Origin: Massalongia carnosa
Taxonomy: Eukaryota
DNA: 64,000 nt
Direction: 5' to 3'
NCBI GenBank assembly: GCA_965645245.1
Contig: OZ287075.1
Span: 372,001 to 436,000 of the forward strand
Shown: positions 50,909 through 62,800 of the stretch, in pieces
Layout: every line of letters starts with the position of its first letter
Position numbering within the stretch: position 1 is the stretch's first letter
The notes under the pieces: generated by a model
Databases searched by the model: none
Told to the model about the DNA's origin: nothing
What the model saw: only the letters and a program-made list of their open reading frames with translations
Made by a program: the position numbers and the translations under genes

Positions 50909-51298
50909 GTGTCGCCCGACCGATGCGTTATTTACTGTTCAATGAAGCTATTTGCCAGACGTTCAGAAGACCCATACGGCAAGGGCTTTATGAAAGAAGT
51001 CGTCGAACACGCATCTGGAGATTATCAGAAAGCAAGTATCCTCGGCATTATCACAGGGAAGCATGCATTTATTGTCTTCGACTATGACAATCTGGATCAC
51101 CATAACGACTGCCAGGTGCTTGGATTCAAAATTGGGCAATTCATCAGACCTATTTCTGTCCCTGCAACATTGGTTCATTCAACTGTAGATAGATTGGAAA
51201 CAGGGAGAATGAGCTATGGCAGCTCTCCTTTCCACATCAAGGACAGGTACGCTCTAATTCTACCGACTCTTAAGCAAAATTTAGAAATCTATTATTGA
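50909..51298 (+). CDS. Small hypothetical protein or gene fragment
   Basis: 129-codon open frame with a probable splice donor near 51247; no family recognised. Confidence 0.3.
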   Translation: MSPDRCVIYCSMKLFARRSEDPYGKGFMKEVVEHASGDYQKASILGIITGKHAFIVFDYDNLDHHNDCQVLGFKIGQFIRPISVPATLVHSTVDRLETGRMSYGSSPFHIKDRYALILPTLKQNLEIYY

Positions 51299-51955
51299 TT
51301 TATTATATAAGTCGATACCAGCATCAGCATCAGAGCACAGTCTTACATCAGATTCCATCCAGAGTACTTTCACGAATGACTTAGAGACGACCAAAGATAT
51401 CCCGAAAAAAGGCTAGCATAAGAATTGAAAAGGCGCTTCATCTATCAATACGTTGTACCACAAGGGTATAAGGCTGTTAAGTGGCAAGCTACCACTGACC
51501 AATAGTATGTCGACGTCAACTCAGAGGGTGATGGCAGACGAACGCTGCTACTGTACATGGCAAGGTGCGAGCGATGATACAGGATTGCGATTTATCTGGC
51601 AATAAGGTTAAAGGATCAGCGTTTAGAGTCTGGAGCGCATACGTCTTATGAGAGACACAGTTTTGCCTATCATACAGAGCGGGTTGTGAACAGAATGAAG
51701 CTGAAAGGCATCAAAACATCTTGCACCTACGCCTTCACTCTTGGTCCCGCAATGCTCATGTCATCACAAAAGCTTATATTATAAATGGCCTACAAGTCCC
51801 ATCTCTCATCGTTTCTGCAGATATAGCTAGGAGAGAATACAAAGGGGAGGTATAGTCTGGAAGGGGTCCGAGCGCGTGAGAGAAAGTTTTGGCCATGAGT
51901 CCAGAGTTTAGTAGAAGTTCTAAGTAGAAGTATGTGCGTGCTCCTAGTAATAACG

Positions 51956-54730
51956 TTACATACACACATACACTATAGCAGACCTTGTGGACATGACTAG
52001 TTTTCTAATAAAACTAAGAGTCCGTGCCAGACAACCCCCCGGTGCACAATCCCGAGCAGCTGCATCGAACGCTTCAATCATTGGTCCATACATGATATCT
52101 GGATCCTCATTCTCAAAAGTGCCAGTAAAACATCCATTCCGGTATGGAAATAGAGTATCTCTTATCTTTCGGGCGACACCCTTGACATGCTCGAAGGATG
52201 GTGGAAACCAGGCAAGGAGATCCTCGATCTGAATTTTATCCATTTGCCCTATCTTTACGAGTGCAATGTCCTCGTAGGTTCCACCATACCATTTCTGCAG
52301 TAACCTTGGAACTTCCTTCAGTTTTTGACCAGACAACGACCACCCGTGAATGATGCAGACCCACAGAAACACGTAGAAAAATGACTCAAGGTCATGCCGA
52401 TAAGTGTGTATGAATCCTTTCTTCTGTTTCAACACTTCAATCGCCATGAATTCCATCGTGCCAGTTCGATGCCTGGCACCGCTAGGCATACTACCCCGCT
52501 CTTTCGCAAGGTCGAGGTCGATCAACATGCCCTTGTGACTGATTCCTGGACTGTCGGTGATAATGATGTTGTTCTCAGAGATGTCGCGATGGAGGATGTT
52601 TCCTTTGTCGTAAAGAGACTTATGTGCTTTTATGGCATCGCGGCATGCCTCCAAGAGTTCCCTGATAGATCGAAAGTCGCGGATTGACCGGCCTGGCGGT
52701 GATATGACAAGGTAGCAGAGGATGCGATTGTTGAAGATGTCGGTATTCGTTTCGTATGGACTAGCTGTCTGATTGTTGTTGGCCGCGACTGGCGCACTGA
52801 TAATGTTTTTGTTATGGATGGATGCCTGGCTATTCAATCTCAACCTTTTGGTGGAATCTCTACCATCGTCATTGGCTTTCCGTTTCTGTGAAGCACTTGG
52901 AGTGCCCCTAAGATTATAGAAACTGTTCGATCTTGGTGGTTTAGGAACATCTCTTCCATCGTCGGCTTTTCGTTTTTGTGAAGGACTTTGCATGCTCTCG
53001 GGACTACGATGACTGTTCGATCTTGACCTTTTCGCTTCATCTCTTCCGTAGCCGCTGGCTTTCCGCTTCTTCGTTGAAGTGTCTTGAGTGATCTCTAGGC
53101 CACAAAGACGGTTGACTGATTGGCTGATCACTTTGTTGAGTGCTTGGTGGACTGATTGTGATTGTGTGAAGGATGATGAGGCGCTGCATGTGTGAATTTT
53201 GAATTTGTGTGGTTTGCCAAAGTGTAATCCGCTGCGCAGGTTGGCGATACTGGTAATCTGCTCGTGGGCGAAGATTTCAGCGACACCCTCCACTCCCCGC
53301 TCCTAGGCCAGCTTAAGCAGCTCTCCTTCTACTAGTCGGTTGTCCAAGCGCCATGACAGCTTGACGACATATTCCCATGACTCGGCGCTAGCACTCTTGG
53401 CCCGGTAGCAGACCGTGCCTCGACAGACTACCGTCCGCTGGTACGCAATCGGCTCAGGATCAAGTTGTAGTCTTCTCTCGCCTATACCACTGCTCTCTTT
53501 AACGGTGATGAATTGGTCATTCTTGTGGTGCTCGACGAATGTATCCAATCCAAGCTCAACGTCAGACATCATGAGATAGCCTGCGATCACCTGGACGAAT
53601 CTTTCAGGTTGCTTATGGATGTCAAACTCAGTTGAGCTGTACGGCCCAGACCGGTCGAATACCCAAAGTTGCATCCGCGTAATACGAATTGTGAACCCGT
53701 GAATGAAGCGTCGAGTTGGTTGGCTGGCGAATACTTCTCGTGCATAGCCAGCAAGCTGTATCAGTAAAGGCTTGTCCTCGAAAGGGCCTTCCTTGAGTTC
53801 CCCTATCACCCATACGTCTCTCCAATTATGTTCAGGTGTCGGTGCAGGTGTTGGTGCAGGGGCAGGTGCTTCTTGGTGTCTCTTTCGAACGAGCAGATCC
53901 AGTCGACGCTCCGCATCAGATCCAGCTAACGATCGATTATACATTGTGTAGTAGACGCCGCGTTGATCTGGAAAAAAATCGGATTGGAAGCGGAAGAACC
54001 AGTCTAAGACACGTGCCTGTCCTGGTGGGTTTGGAAAATCGGTCCATTTGCCATCAACATAGCGTGCCATTGTGGCCTGGAAGATCTTGTCAACCTGATC
54101 CACCTTATCTGCTTTATCGAAATATTTCTCAAAGAATCCGCCGACGTCCCGATAAGTGCAGGAGAAGATTTCTTCAAATATGCGACGGTCAACCAGCGCA
54201 TGCGTCTGCTCGCTCCCTTGCTGTGAGGCTGAAGAACGATTGATTGGGGTGTCTTGGTAGCCTGAATCGATTTGCTGTGGAGGGGTCGATGGAGTTCGTG
54301 CGATTAAGTCGAAGACAGCCTTCCAGATGGCTTCATCGGCAGCTTTGTCAATGACCAGTGTGCACAGTGGGACGATCCAATTTATGTTAAATCCACCCGA
54401 TCTGAGTTGAAGGTATATGACTGCGAGATCGTCTAAGAGAGTCATGTTCGAGATCTTGGAGAGTTCCCGAGCTGCTTCTTGAGCCAGCATTGTAGAGATA
54501 AATTGACGTGCCAACTCTCTGCCATCTGCATTGGTTATAGAGAGATATCAATCAGAGCCATCATGCTAGACCACACCATCACTTGAGACAATGCTCTTGG
54601 TGCTCTCGGGAGAGTTGGTAAGGCCAAGCTTGTTGCAAGCCGAACGAAATGACTGTCGAAACGGCTCGAGCGCTCCACCTATCGGATGGCTCGCGATAAC
54701 TTGGATCTCTTCAGCAGAGAGTTCGCCCAT
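51956..54730 (-). pseudogene. FunK1/Sgk2-type fungal protein kinase with one in-frame stop
   Basis: ATG 54730 'MGELSAEEIQVIASHPIG'; intron 54526-54576. Motifs 'QPTRRFIHGF', 'WVFDRSG', 'CRGT', 'HRDISENN', 'LIDLDLA', 'RTGTMEFMAIE', 'HDLESFFY'. In-frame TAG at 53303-53305. Confidence 0.9.
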
Positions 54731-55423
54731 GTTAGACCGTTCTTCTTGGTCGAATAGGTTGGTTTGCCCCATTAAGTTGAGCGTTGTTGATGATAAAGAT
54801 GAATGTTTTGTGAGTGTGTTATGAAGATCGAGTCGCGTAGCCTGCGTTCTGGACTATACTCTTTTGATGGCATTCCTGAGCACGAGTCCTGGATGACCTC
54901 TTTAGACATTGTTTTGCAACCGGATCACACGAAAAATATCACAAAAAGTTAGCGTAATAAATGCGGTTAGCTGATGAGGCATTGTACGAAGGATGACGCC
55001 GAAAGTCCTTGCTAACGCTAAATATGCAGCTAAAAAGCCACTTTACATGGGTATATTTGCATAGATAGATATTTATTAGATATCAATCCATCGAATAATC
55101 GCATGAAGCTATTCAGAATTATCACCATCATTATCTTTATCACTTACACTCATCGCTGTCAGTGCTTTCTCGTTTGAGATGAGCGCGATGATATCGAAGA
55201 CGGCGATCTTCTTTATTATACGGTCGTACGACTCCGATCTTTCTACCTTCTATATACTCGTGTTGAATATTCAACTCCTACCAGTACAGTGAACACCTAC
55301 CAGTTCAATGAACATAGCACCTACGACTGCCCAAGATGGACAGAGCACCTACGTAGATGCCGTATTAGGCTTAGCCTAGAGATTAGATAAGACCGGCTCA
55401 GATAATCTTATCACCTCGCTTAG

Positions 55424-55918
55424 CAGAGGGTGACCAGTTATGGGACAAAACAGCACTCTTCATCCTTAACATCACGGTCATACATACCATTTTATCGTAG
55501 CCATATAGCCATAGTCATATACCTATTTCAACAATTCGTTACCTCCGTCTAACAATAGCACCTCGTCAACATGTCGCTTTATACGTTCAATCCAGGACTG
55601 AATTCTTTTCTGCGTCAACTCCTCCGTCCAGCACTTTGTCCAGGCCTTTTCAGCCTCAATACGAGTCCGCGGAGCACTAATCGAGTGGTTCTTCGCTTCA
55701 TCCAGAACCAGCAAGGCTCGATCATGTTCAGATCAGGAGAATTTCTAGGCCATAATAGACGCATGACGTTGAAATCCACAAAGATCAGATTTTGATGTTT
55801 GGATGCGTGACTGGGGGCCTTGTCTTCCTGTACGATAGTGTTTGGTCGATCTATCATACATTCTTTTGCAAACGGAAGAATGTTAGGAATTAAGACGAGT
55901 TTTGATAACGATACCAGT
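55424..55918 (-). mobile_element. 3' part of a degenerate Tc1/mariner (DDE_3) transposon, cut by the Gypsy insertion
   Basis: 'VQEDKAPSH...WPRNSPDLNMIEPCW' with frameshifts. Homology stops abruptly at 55918 ('WYRYQ'). Possible TIR start CAGAGGGTG at 55424 (weak). Confidence 0.82.
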
Positions 55919-56195
55919 TGTAATAGCGCGGCAATACAGGACTGCGCTAGCTCCTGGGATGACTCACCCAAGAAGACCGGGTGACTGATAATCCGGATGC
56001 TTAGTCATGATAAGGCGGATAGCAATACTAAGCCATCAGCAATCAGCCTTTAGCTTTAGCACCTACCAATCTATTAGCAGTCACACTGAGCATTATAACC
56101 CATAAGGACTAGTGTCTACTGTCCCTCTTATAATTCTAAAAGCTCCATATCTTAGGATAGCTTGGTCCGACTGTTGATAGTTCAATCCTATCACA
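55919..56195 (+). repeat. Putative 5' LTR (about 277 bp)
   Basis: Starts TGTAATAG exactly where Tc1 homology ends. Ends CTATCACA (7/8 inverted match), 37 bp before the gag ATG. The partner LTR is not in the window, so the 3' boundary is inferred. Confidence 0.7.
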
Positions 56196-56232
56196 CCTAC
56201 CGTCCAAACAATTCAACCTATTTATCGTCAAC

Positions 56233-57435
56233 ATGAACACACGAGGACGAAGCGGCCAGAATTCGGCCAATCCCACGTCCAATCAGGGTGATGACCTACT
56301 GGACTACGATACGCTGGAACAAACACCACCAAACCAGCTAATCGACGAGATTAGAGCCATGCAGGCCCATTTGACCGAACAGACAGCAGCCATGCAGGCC
56401 CAGGCCACCTTGTTGACTCAGCAAAGTACCCGTCTCGCTGCCAATGAAAGGGAATTAGAACGACTGCACGAGGAAAGAGAGTCTCGTCGTCCTCGCTCCA
56501 TGGAACGATCTGTCAGGTATAACCTCAAAGCTAAGTCGCCCGACCCGTATTATGGCAAGGACCATAAGACCTTGTTCGAATTCACCAGACAATGCGAGGC
56601 TGTCTTTAACACTAGTGGCATGCCTGAAACGGAACAAGATCGTCGTATAGCCTATGCAGGCAGCTACCTTCGAGACACCCCTAGCGACAATTGGCATGAG
56701 ATACTATCACGAGGGGGTCATCTGAATCTTACCTGGAAGGAGTTCAAAAAGAACCTCATGAATCAACTAGGCTCTACAGAAGTTTTCAAAGATCGAACCT
56801 GGATGCAGTACCATCATGCACAACAACGTCCCAATGATACTGTTCAATCCTTTGCGGCCTACTTACAACGCCTACGAACAATATTAGCCGATGCAGATCC
56901 GGAACATCCTATTACCGAAGAACAGATGGTCCAGAAGCTTCGTACGGGAGTCATACCAATAATTCGGAATTCCTTAGCACTAGGTCATCGACATCCCGCT
57001 ACCATAGCGGAATTCATCAGTGATGCACAACTAGCTGAGGGAGCGGCTGTATTGCCAGGTAGAGGCTACTCCAAGCGGGAGCAAGGTGCCCCGGCTTCTA
57101 ACGATCAGGGCCGCCGAGAACCATATCCAACTAATCATCGCGGAGGTCGAGGCGGAAGAGGTCATCGAGGTAGTCACCACGGAAGAGGCAATAGAGGCGG
57201 AAGAGGCCGAGGCGGCAGGAATGCGGCTCCGGCTGGTACTAGCGCGCCGTCGACCAATAGCAATGCCATTCCGCTAGGCACTGTGACCGAGATACAAGAC
57301 AATAACAAAAATAGCTGCTATAATTGTGGATCCCTCGAACATTGGGTAAAAGACTGTCCCCATCCAAAAAAGCATAGTCGCCGCTGCTGCCTCCCTACCG
57401 GCGACTACTATCAAAGAGGCATCGGCAAGTCCTAA
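56233..57435 (+). CDS. gag: Gag (retrotransposon capsid, RGG tract, CCHC zinc knuckle)
   Basis: 'PDPYYG', 'YAGSYLRD', 'QQRPNDTVQSF' and zinc knuckle 'CYNCGSLEHWVKDC'. Confidence 0.92.
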   Translation: MNTRGRSGQNSANPTSNQGDDLLDYDTLEQTPPNQLIDEIRAMQAHLTEQTAAMQAQATLLTQQSTRLAANERELERLHEERESRRPRSMERSVRYNLKAKSPDPYYGKDHKTLFEFTRQCEAVFNTSGMPETEQDRRIAYAGSYLRDTPSDNWHEILSRGGHLNLTWKEFKKNLMNQLGSTEVFKDRTWMQYHHAQQRPNDTVQSFAAYLQRLRTILADADPEHPITEEQMVQKLRTGVIPIIRNSLALGHRHPATIAEFISDAQLAEGAAVLPGRGYSKREQGAPASNDQGRREPYPTNHRGGRGGRGHRGSHHGRGNRGGRGRGGRNAAPAGTSAPSTNSNAIPLGTVTEIQDNNKNSCYNCGSLEHWVKDCPHPKKHSRRCCLPTGDYYQRGIGKS

Positions 57436-57459
57436 GACATTGGAAGTCGCACCCTGCAT

Positions 57460-59871
57460 TAGGGCTCCGAAAATTTCGCTCTTTTGACAAGATGACACGA
57501 AAAATTCATCACGTGCTGACATGGACCCTGAATTTTTGGAAATTAATTACCTAAGCACACATAACTTATACGACAATTATTAGAATATCGGAGTACCTCG
57601 ATTTACTAGGTAATTGCACTTATAATCAGGAATCTTTCTATTATCATCTATTATGTCTCAACGAGGTGGACGTCAGAAAAATCACCTGGTAGATGAGAAT
57701 TTCAAGGATATCATTACTGAGGGCTTAAAAAATCCTCAACATCAATGCATTCATTGCGGTCATCAATCAACCAGAAATGCTGCTAGGGGACAACAGCATC
57801 TAAATCAATGTGATGCCTATCAAAAAGAGAAAGCTAGAAAACAGAAGAGTATTCTCAGTAATGCCTCTATTCAACTGCCCATCACTACGTTGATTCGTCC
57901 CCTTAATCAAGCCCAAATTGCATCAGCACATCGAGCAGCTGCGATGTCTGTCTATATGACAAATCTGCCATTTAACCACTTCGAAAATCCGTACGTTATT
58001 GCTCATCATCAGGCACTTAATCCGGGCTATAAACCTCCTCATTCTGGCCTTGTTGCTGGCAAGCTGTTGGACGAAATCTATGGCATCGTTAAATCGAAAG
58101 TTATCAAGGAATTGAATGCTTCTAATTACCTGAACTTCTTCACTGACGAGACAGCCAACATTCGAAAAGAACGTGTTATAAATCTCTGTTGTCATGTTCC
58201 CCCGTCCGCCACCTCCAATGGAGGAGGATTTCAATTGAAAGCTGATGCTGATGTTGCCGAGAAGATGAGTGCTGTCGTTCAAGCTCAATGGGTGATAAAA
58301 GGTTGTAGGGAAGCAACCAACGATCAGCTTTGGAGAATCAATTGCATTGCCACTGATACGTGTGCAACCATGAAGGCTATGTGGACGGAGATAGCAAAAT
58401 TTCCAGAGATGAAACACGTGTTTTTCGTTCCCTGCGACAGTCATGGTCTGCAATTGCTGATGGGAGACATACTGAAATTTCCATTCTTTTCGGAGGTTAT
58501 AGAAAAGGCACAATTGATAGTAACCAGCTTTCGGGGGTCGAATAAGGAAATGTCCATTTTAAGGGGTTATCAAATGAAGGTATGCCAAATTCTTGAATTA
58601 TTAAACTTTCTGATGACCAACCTTTCTGATGATCAAACTTCTAGGCCTATCAACAACGTCGTTCATTGATTCTTAACGTTCTTACCAGATGGGGAACGAC
58701 GATAGGCTTATTAAACTCAGTCCTCAGGAATCAGCAGGCCTTATTGGATTATTTTCAACAAAAGAATCCCGGCATTGATCAGGGAAGAAAGAATTCTTTG
58801 AGAAGCTTCGTCAATGACTTTTCTTTTTGGAAAAAGCTGACCATTGTCAAGAAAGTGATGGATCCCATACATCAGTTTCAATACATGTCCGAGGCCGAAG
58901 AGCATAAACTTTATACCATAGCCAACACCTGGAATAAGATTCGATCTCATCTATATTCAATGGCTGCCAATGAAGACGACGAGACGGATTTGAATCACAT
59001 TGCTCAGGTGATTTGGGAAGACAGATATCTCAGTCAGATTACTGAGCTTCATGTGGTAGCAGCTCTTTTGCTTCCTCAGAATCATGCTATAAAGGTGATT
59101 GGCGTATCTACGGAGCCGACATTTGCTCCGCTAATGCATAGATTTTTCAATCAACATCTGACTAGTGCAGAGGCAGCTACTGCCATGAAGCAATGGCTCG
59201 CATTTCGCGATCAAGAAGATGGCTTTCATACAAGCTCCGAATGCTGGACGTATCAAATGGATCCGGAGCTGTTTTGGACATTCAGCAGAAATTTTGCATC
59301 AACCCTTAGCAGCTTAGCCAGAAAGGTGATGAAACTTCCTGGTAATTCGGTATTGGCCGAAAGAAGCTGGTCGGTAATGAATCTGATCATGAATAAAACG
59401 CGCAATTCCATGAGCTCGATAAGCGTAGATAAACTCATGTTTATCTACATGAATGAGCGTACCCTCAACCGACCTGGGGATATCAAAAAGAAGTTACAAT
59501 TTGCTGGCATCGACATTGACGAAAGCGATCTATGTGAAATGGAAGACAGATTGCTGCAGGATGAAATTGTCATTCAGGAGTCCTTGACGTCATCGAAACG
59601 TCCGGCCAGTCAAGAAATAGGAGGTGATTCAGCGAGATCATGGGTAGAAATACATACAATTAATTGTATGACGATGACCGGCAAAATTACGTACTTTTTA
59701 AGTTTACTATTTGCTGACTTTTCCCCGCTTTTCCCCCTTTCCGCATCTCCCTACCCACCCCCTCCCCCCCTGTAAATAATCCATGAAAGTTTCACTCATG
59801 AAGATGACAGTGAAAGTTTCGCCCGATCGGGTTAGGCAAACTTTCAGTGTTCTTTTCAAATCGGAGCCCTA
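57460..59871 (+). mobile_element. Apparently autonomous hAT DNA transposon (2412 bp)
   Basis: Perfect 11-bp TIR TAGGGCTCCGA at 57460-57470 and 59861-59871. Direct repeat CCTGCAT at 57453-57459 and 59872-59878. Subterminal TGAAAGTTT repeats at about 59783-59846. Confidence 0.93.
57653..59775 (+). CDS. hAT transposase (BED-like finger, DUF659-type core, dimerisation domain)
   Basis: Motifs 'CIHC..HLNQC', 'FTDET', 'ATDTC', 'CDSHGLQL', 'TRWGT', 'AERSWS'. Intron 58580-58644 joins the two ORFs in frame. The extreme C-terminus may have a further intron. Confidence 0.9.
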
Positions 59872-62800
59872 CCTGCATAAAGTACGAAATAACACACGCT
59901 AAAGAAACAGCAAAAGCACTAATTGACAGCGGAAGTGAAGTTAACCTTATTTCTAGAGCTTACGCAAATATATGCGCTCTGACAGTGTTACACTCCAGCG
60001 TCAGTTTGGAAGCTATTAATCACCAGCAAGTCATGACACATGGCATGGGTCTGTTGGTGTTCGGGGTAACTGATCAATTAGGTCAGCAACGTTTCTTTGA
60101 GGAAACATTCCTAATAGCAGATATACCTCATAATATCGTGTTGGGCATGCCATTCCTGCAGCTAGCCAATCCCGATATCGATTGGTCAGCAAGGACCCTG
60201 AATTGGCGAGAACTAAGCGTTCAATCGGCCCTGATGACTACTCATCGGATAGAGATTATAGAACCAGAAGTCTTCATAGAAGAGGCGTTATCAGAAGATA
60301 CACCGACCTACGTGGTTCATGCTAAGGCGCTAGGTGTAGATAACATCCATTCGAGCCGTCGAGCTAGAATAGCCTCAGTGAAGGTACAAGAAATCAAGGT
60401 CCCTGAGGCTTATAAGGATTTCGCAGATGTCTTTTCGGAAGATAGTGCAGCCGAGCTACCAGAGCACGGGCTATATGATCATGCGATTGACCTCGTGGAT
60501 GGAAAGCAGCCTCCATATGGACCTATTTATAGCCTATCAGAAACAGAGCTCACAGTGCTAAGGGCCTACCTCGATGCTCACCTGGCTAATGGGTTTATCC
60601 GGCCATCTACCTCATCAGCTGGAGCTCCTATTCTCTTCGTGCCTAAGGCAAATGGTACCCTGAGGCTCTGCGTGGATTATAGGGGTCTGAACAATCTGAC
60701 AGTTAAAAATCGCTACCCGCTACCATTAGTAGGCGAGTCTTTAGATCGACTAGGACGGGCCAAACAGTACACCCAATTGGATTTGACTGCAGCCTATAAT
60801 CGCATCAGAATTAAGAAAGGCGACGAATGGAAGACAGCCTTTCGCACCCGATATGGCCATTTCGAATACTGCGTCATGCCGTTCGGATTATCCAATGCTC
60901 CGGCCTCCTTCCAAGCCTATATCAATAAAGCGTTGGCACTAAAACTGGATGTCTTCTGCATCGTTTATTTGGATGATATACTGATCTATACCGAACAGAA
61001 GGGTAAGGCCCATGAAGATGCTGTGCGATGGGTGTTAGAACAACTCCGCAAGCATGGCTTATTTTGCAACTCACAAAAATGCCGATTCAGCACCGACGAA
61101 GTCGAATTCCTAGGCTATGTCATCAATCCTAAGGGTGTTTATATGCGAAAAGATCGCATCCAAGCAGTGCAAAATTGGCCACGGCCCACATGCGTACGCG
61201 ATGTACAGGTGTTCATAGGCTTCGCGAATTTCTATAGACGATTCATTCGTGGGTTCAGTAAAATAGCAGGGCCACTTACCGCTATGCTGAAAACAAAGCC
61301 CGCTAATCATAGACAGAAACCACCTAAGGGTGTCGAAAGTGAGTTCCTTACGGAGGAAGCTCTAGAGGCTTTTGAGAAGCTGAAAAAGTCGTTCATAGAG
61401 GCCCCGGTACTAAGGCATTACGATGCTAGTAAACCAGTACGCGTGGAAACCGATGCGTCAGGTTATGCTATTGGCGGCATATTGGCTCAGCAAGATGACG
61501 AGGGACAATGGCACCCTGTTGCCTATTACTCACGCAAGATGCTACCGGCTGAGCGTAATTACGAGACCCATGATGCTGAACTATTAGCGATAGTCGAGGC
61601 CTTCAAAATTTGGAGACATTACCTTGAGGGGTCGTCTCACGAAATTCTCGTGTTGACTGATCACAATAACCTTACGAGGTTTATGGATACCAAGCGCCTA
61701 AGCGGCAGGCAAGTAAGGTGGGCTCAAGAGCTTTCCAGGTATAATTTCCGCATCGATTATCGTCAGGGTAAGAGGAACCCAGCCGATGGGCTGTCAAGAC
61801 CTCCTACCGCTGGCGATGATGATGGCGAAGTGCTGGTTGAAAATCGCAAAACGCTCCACCTTTTGCAGACATCCCTAGCAGATAAGAACGCACGCATTTG
61901 TCTAATGAGGGCAATGTCAGGGGAGTCGTTAGATGATGCTTCTGGCCCGACGGGGTCTCACCACGGTGAAATATGGAAGATCATAACATGCGGAACATTG
62001 GTTGTTCCGAAGGTGAAGGCATACTGGAGTTCATTGCGAAACTCTCTCGCACAGCGCGAGTCACCTTATACTCAACCCGCTTCTAGGGGAGTATTAGAGC
62101 GTCTTCCTGAGTTGCAACAGGTTGACGAGGTCGCTATCACTGTTCGGAAAAGGTTAGCTACCTTGAAAGACAGTGACGTGTCGGGGACACAGGAGGTGGC
62201 GCCCTCCAGCGAGCCATGGTCGGACTCGGACCACTGTCTATTCCATGAAGGAAAGGCCTACATCCCAGCCTCCTTACGAGGAGAAATTCTTGAGTTAAAT
62301 CATGATGATCCGCTGGCAGGGCACTTCGGGAAAGACAAGACGATTGAGCTAGTGAGTAGAAAGTACTACTGGCCATCGATGAAGTCAGACATAGCACGCT
62401 ATGTAGAGGGTTGCGACGTCTGCATGAGTAGCAAAGCTACGAGGCATAAGCCTTATGGAAACTTGCAGTCGTTGCCTATACCAACTCATAAGTGGAAGGA
62501 CATTACGATGGACTTCGTCACTGGCTTACCTAAGAGTAAGGACTGGAGGGGAGTTGATTATGACTCCATCCTATTCGTCGTTGATAGGCTCACCAAGATG
62601 GTGCACTATGAGGCAGTGAAGAAAACGCTGACTGCTGAACAGTTAGCTGAAGTGCTAAGGCACTGCGTGTTCAAGTATCACGGCCTACCTGACTCCATAG
62701 TCACCGATCGGGGCTCGCTATTTACATCAAACTTCTGGTCATCCCTATGCTATTACATGAAGATAAAGCGTAGGCTAAGCACAGCCTTCCATCCACAAAC

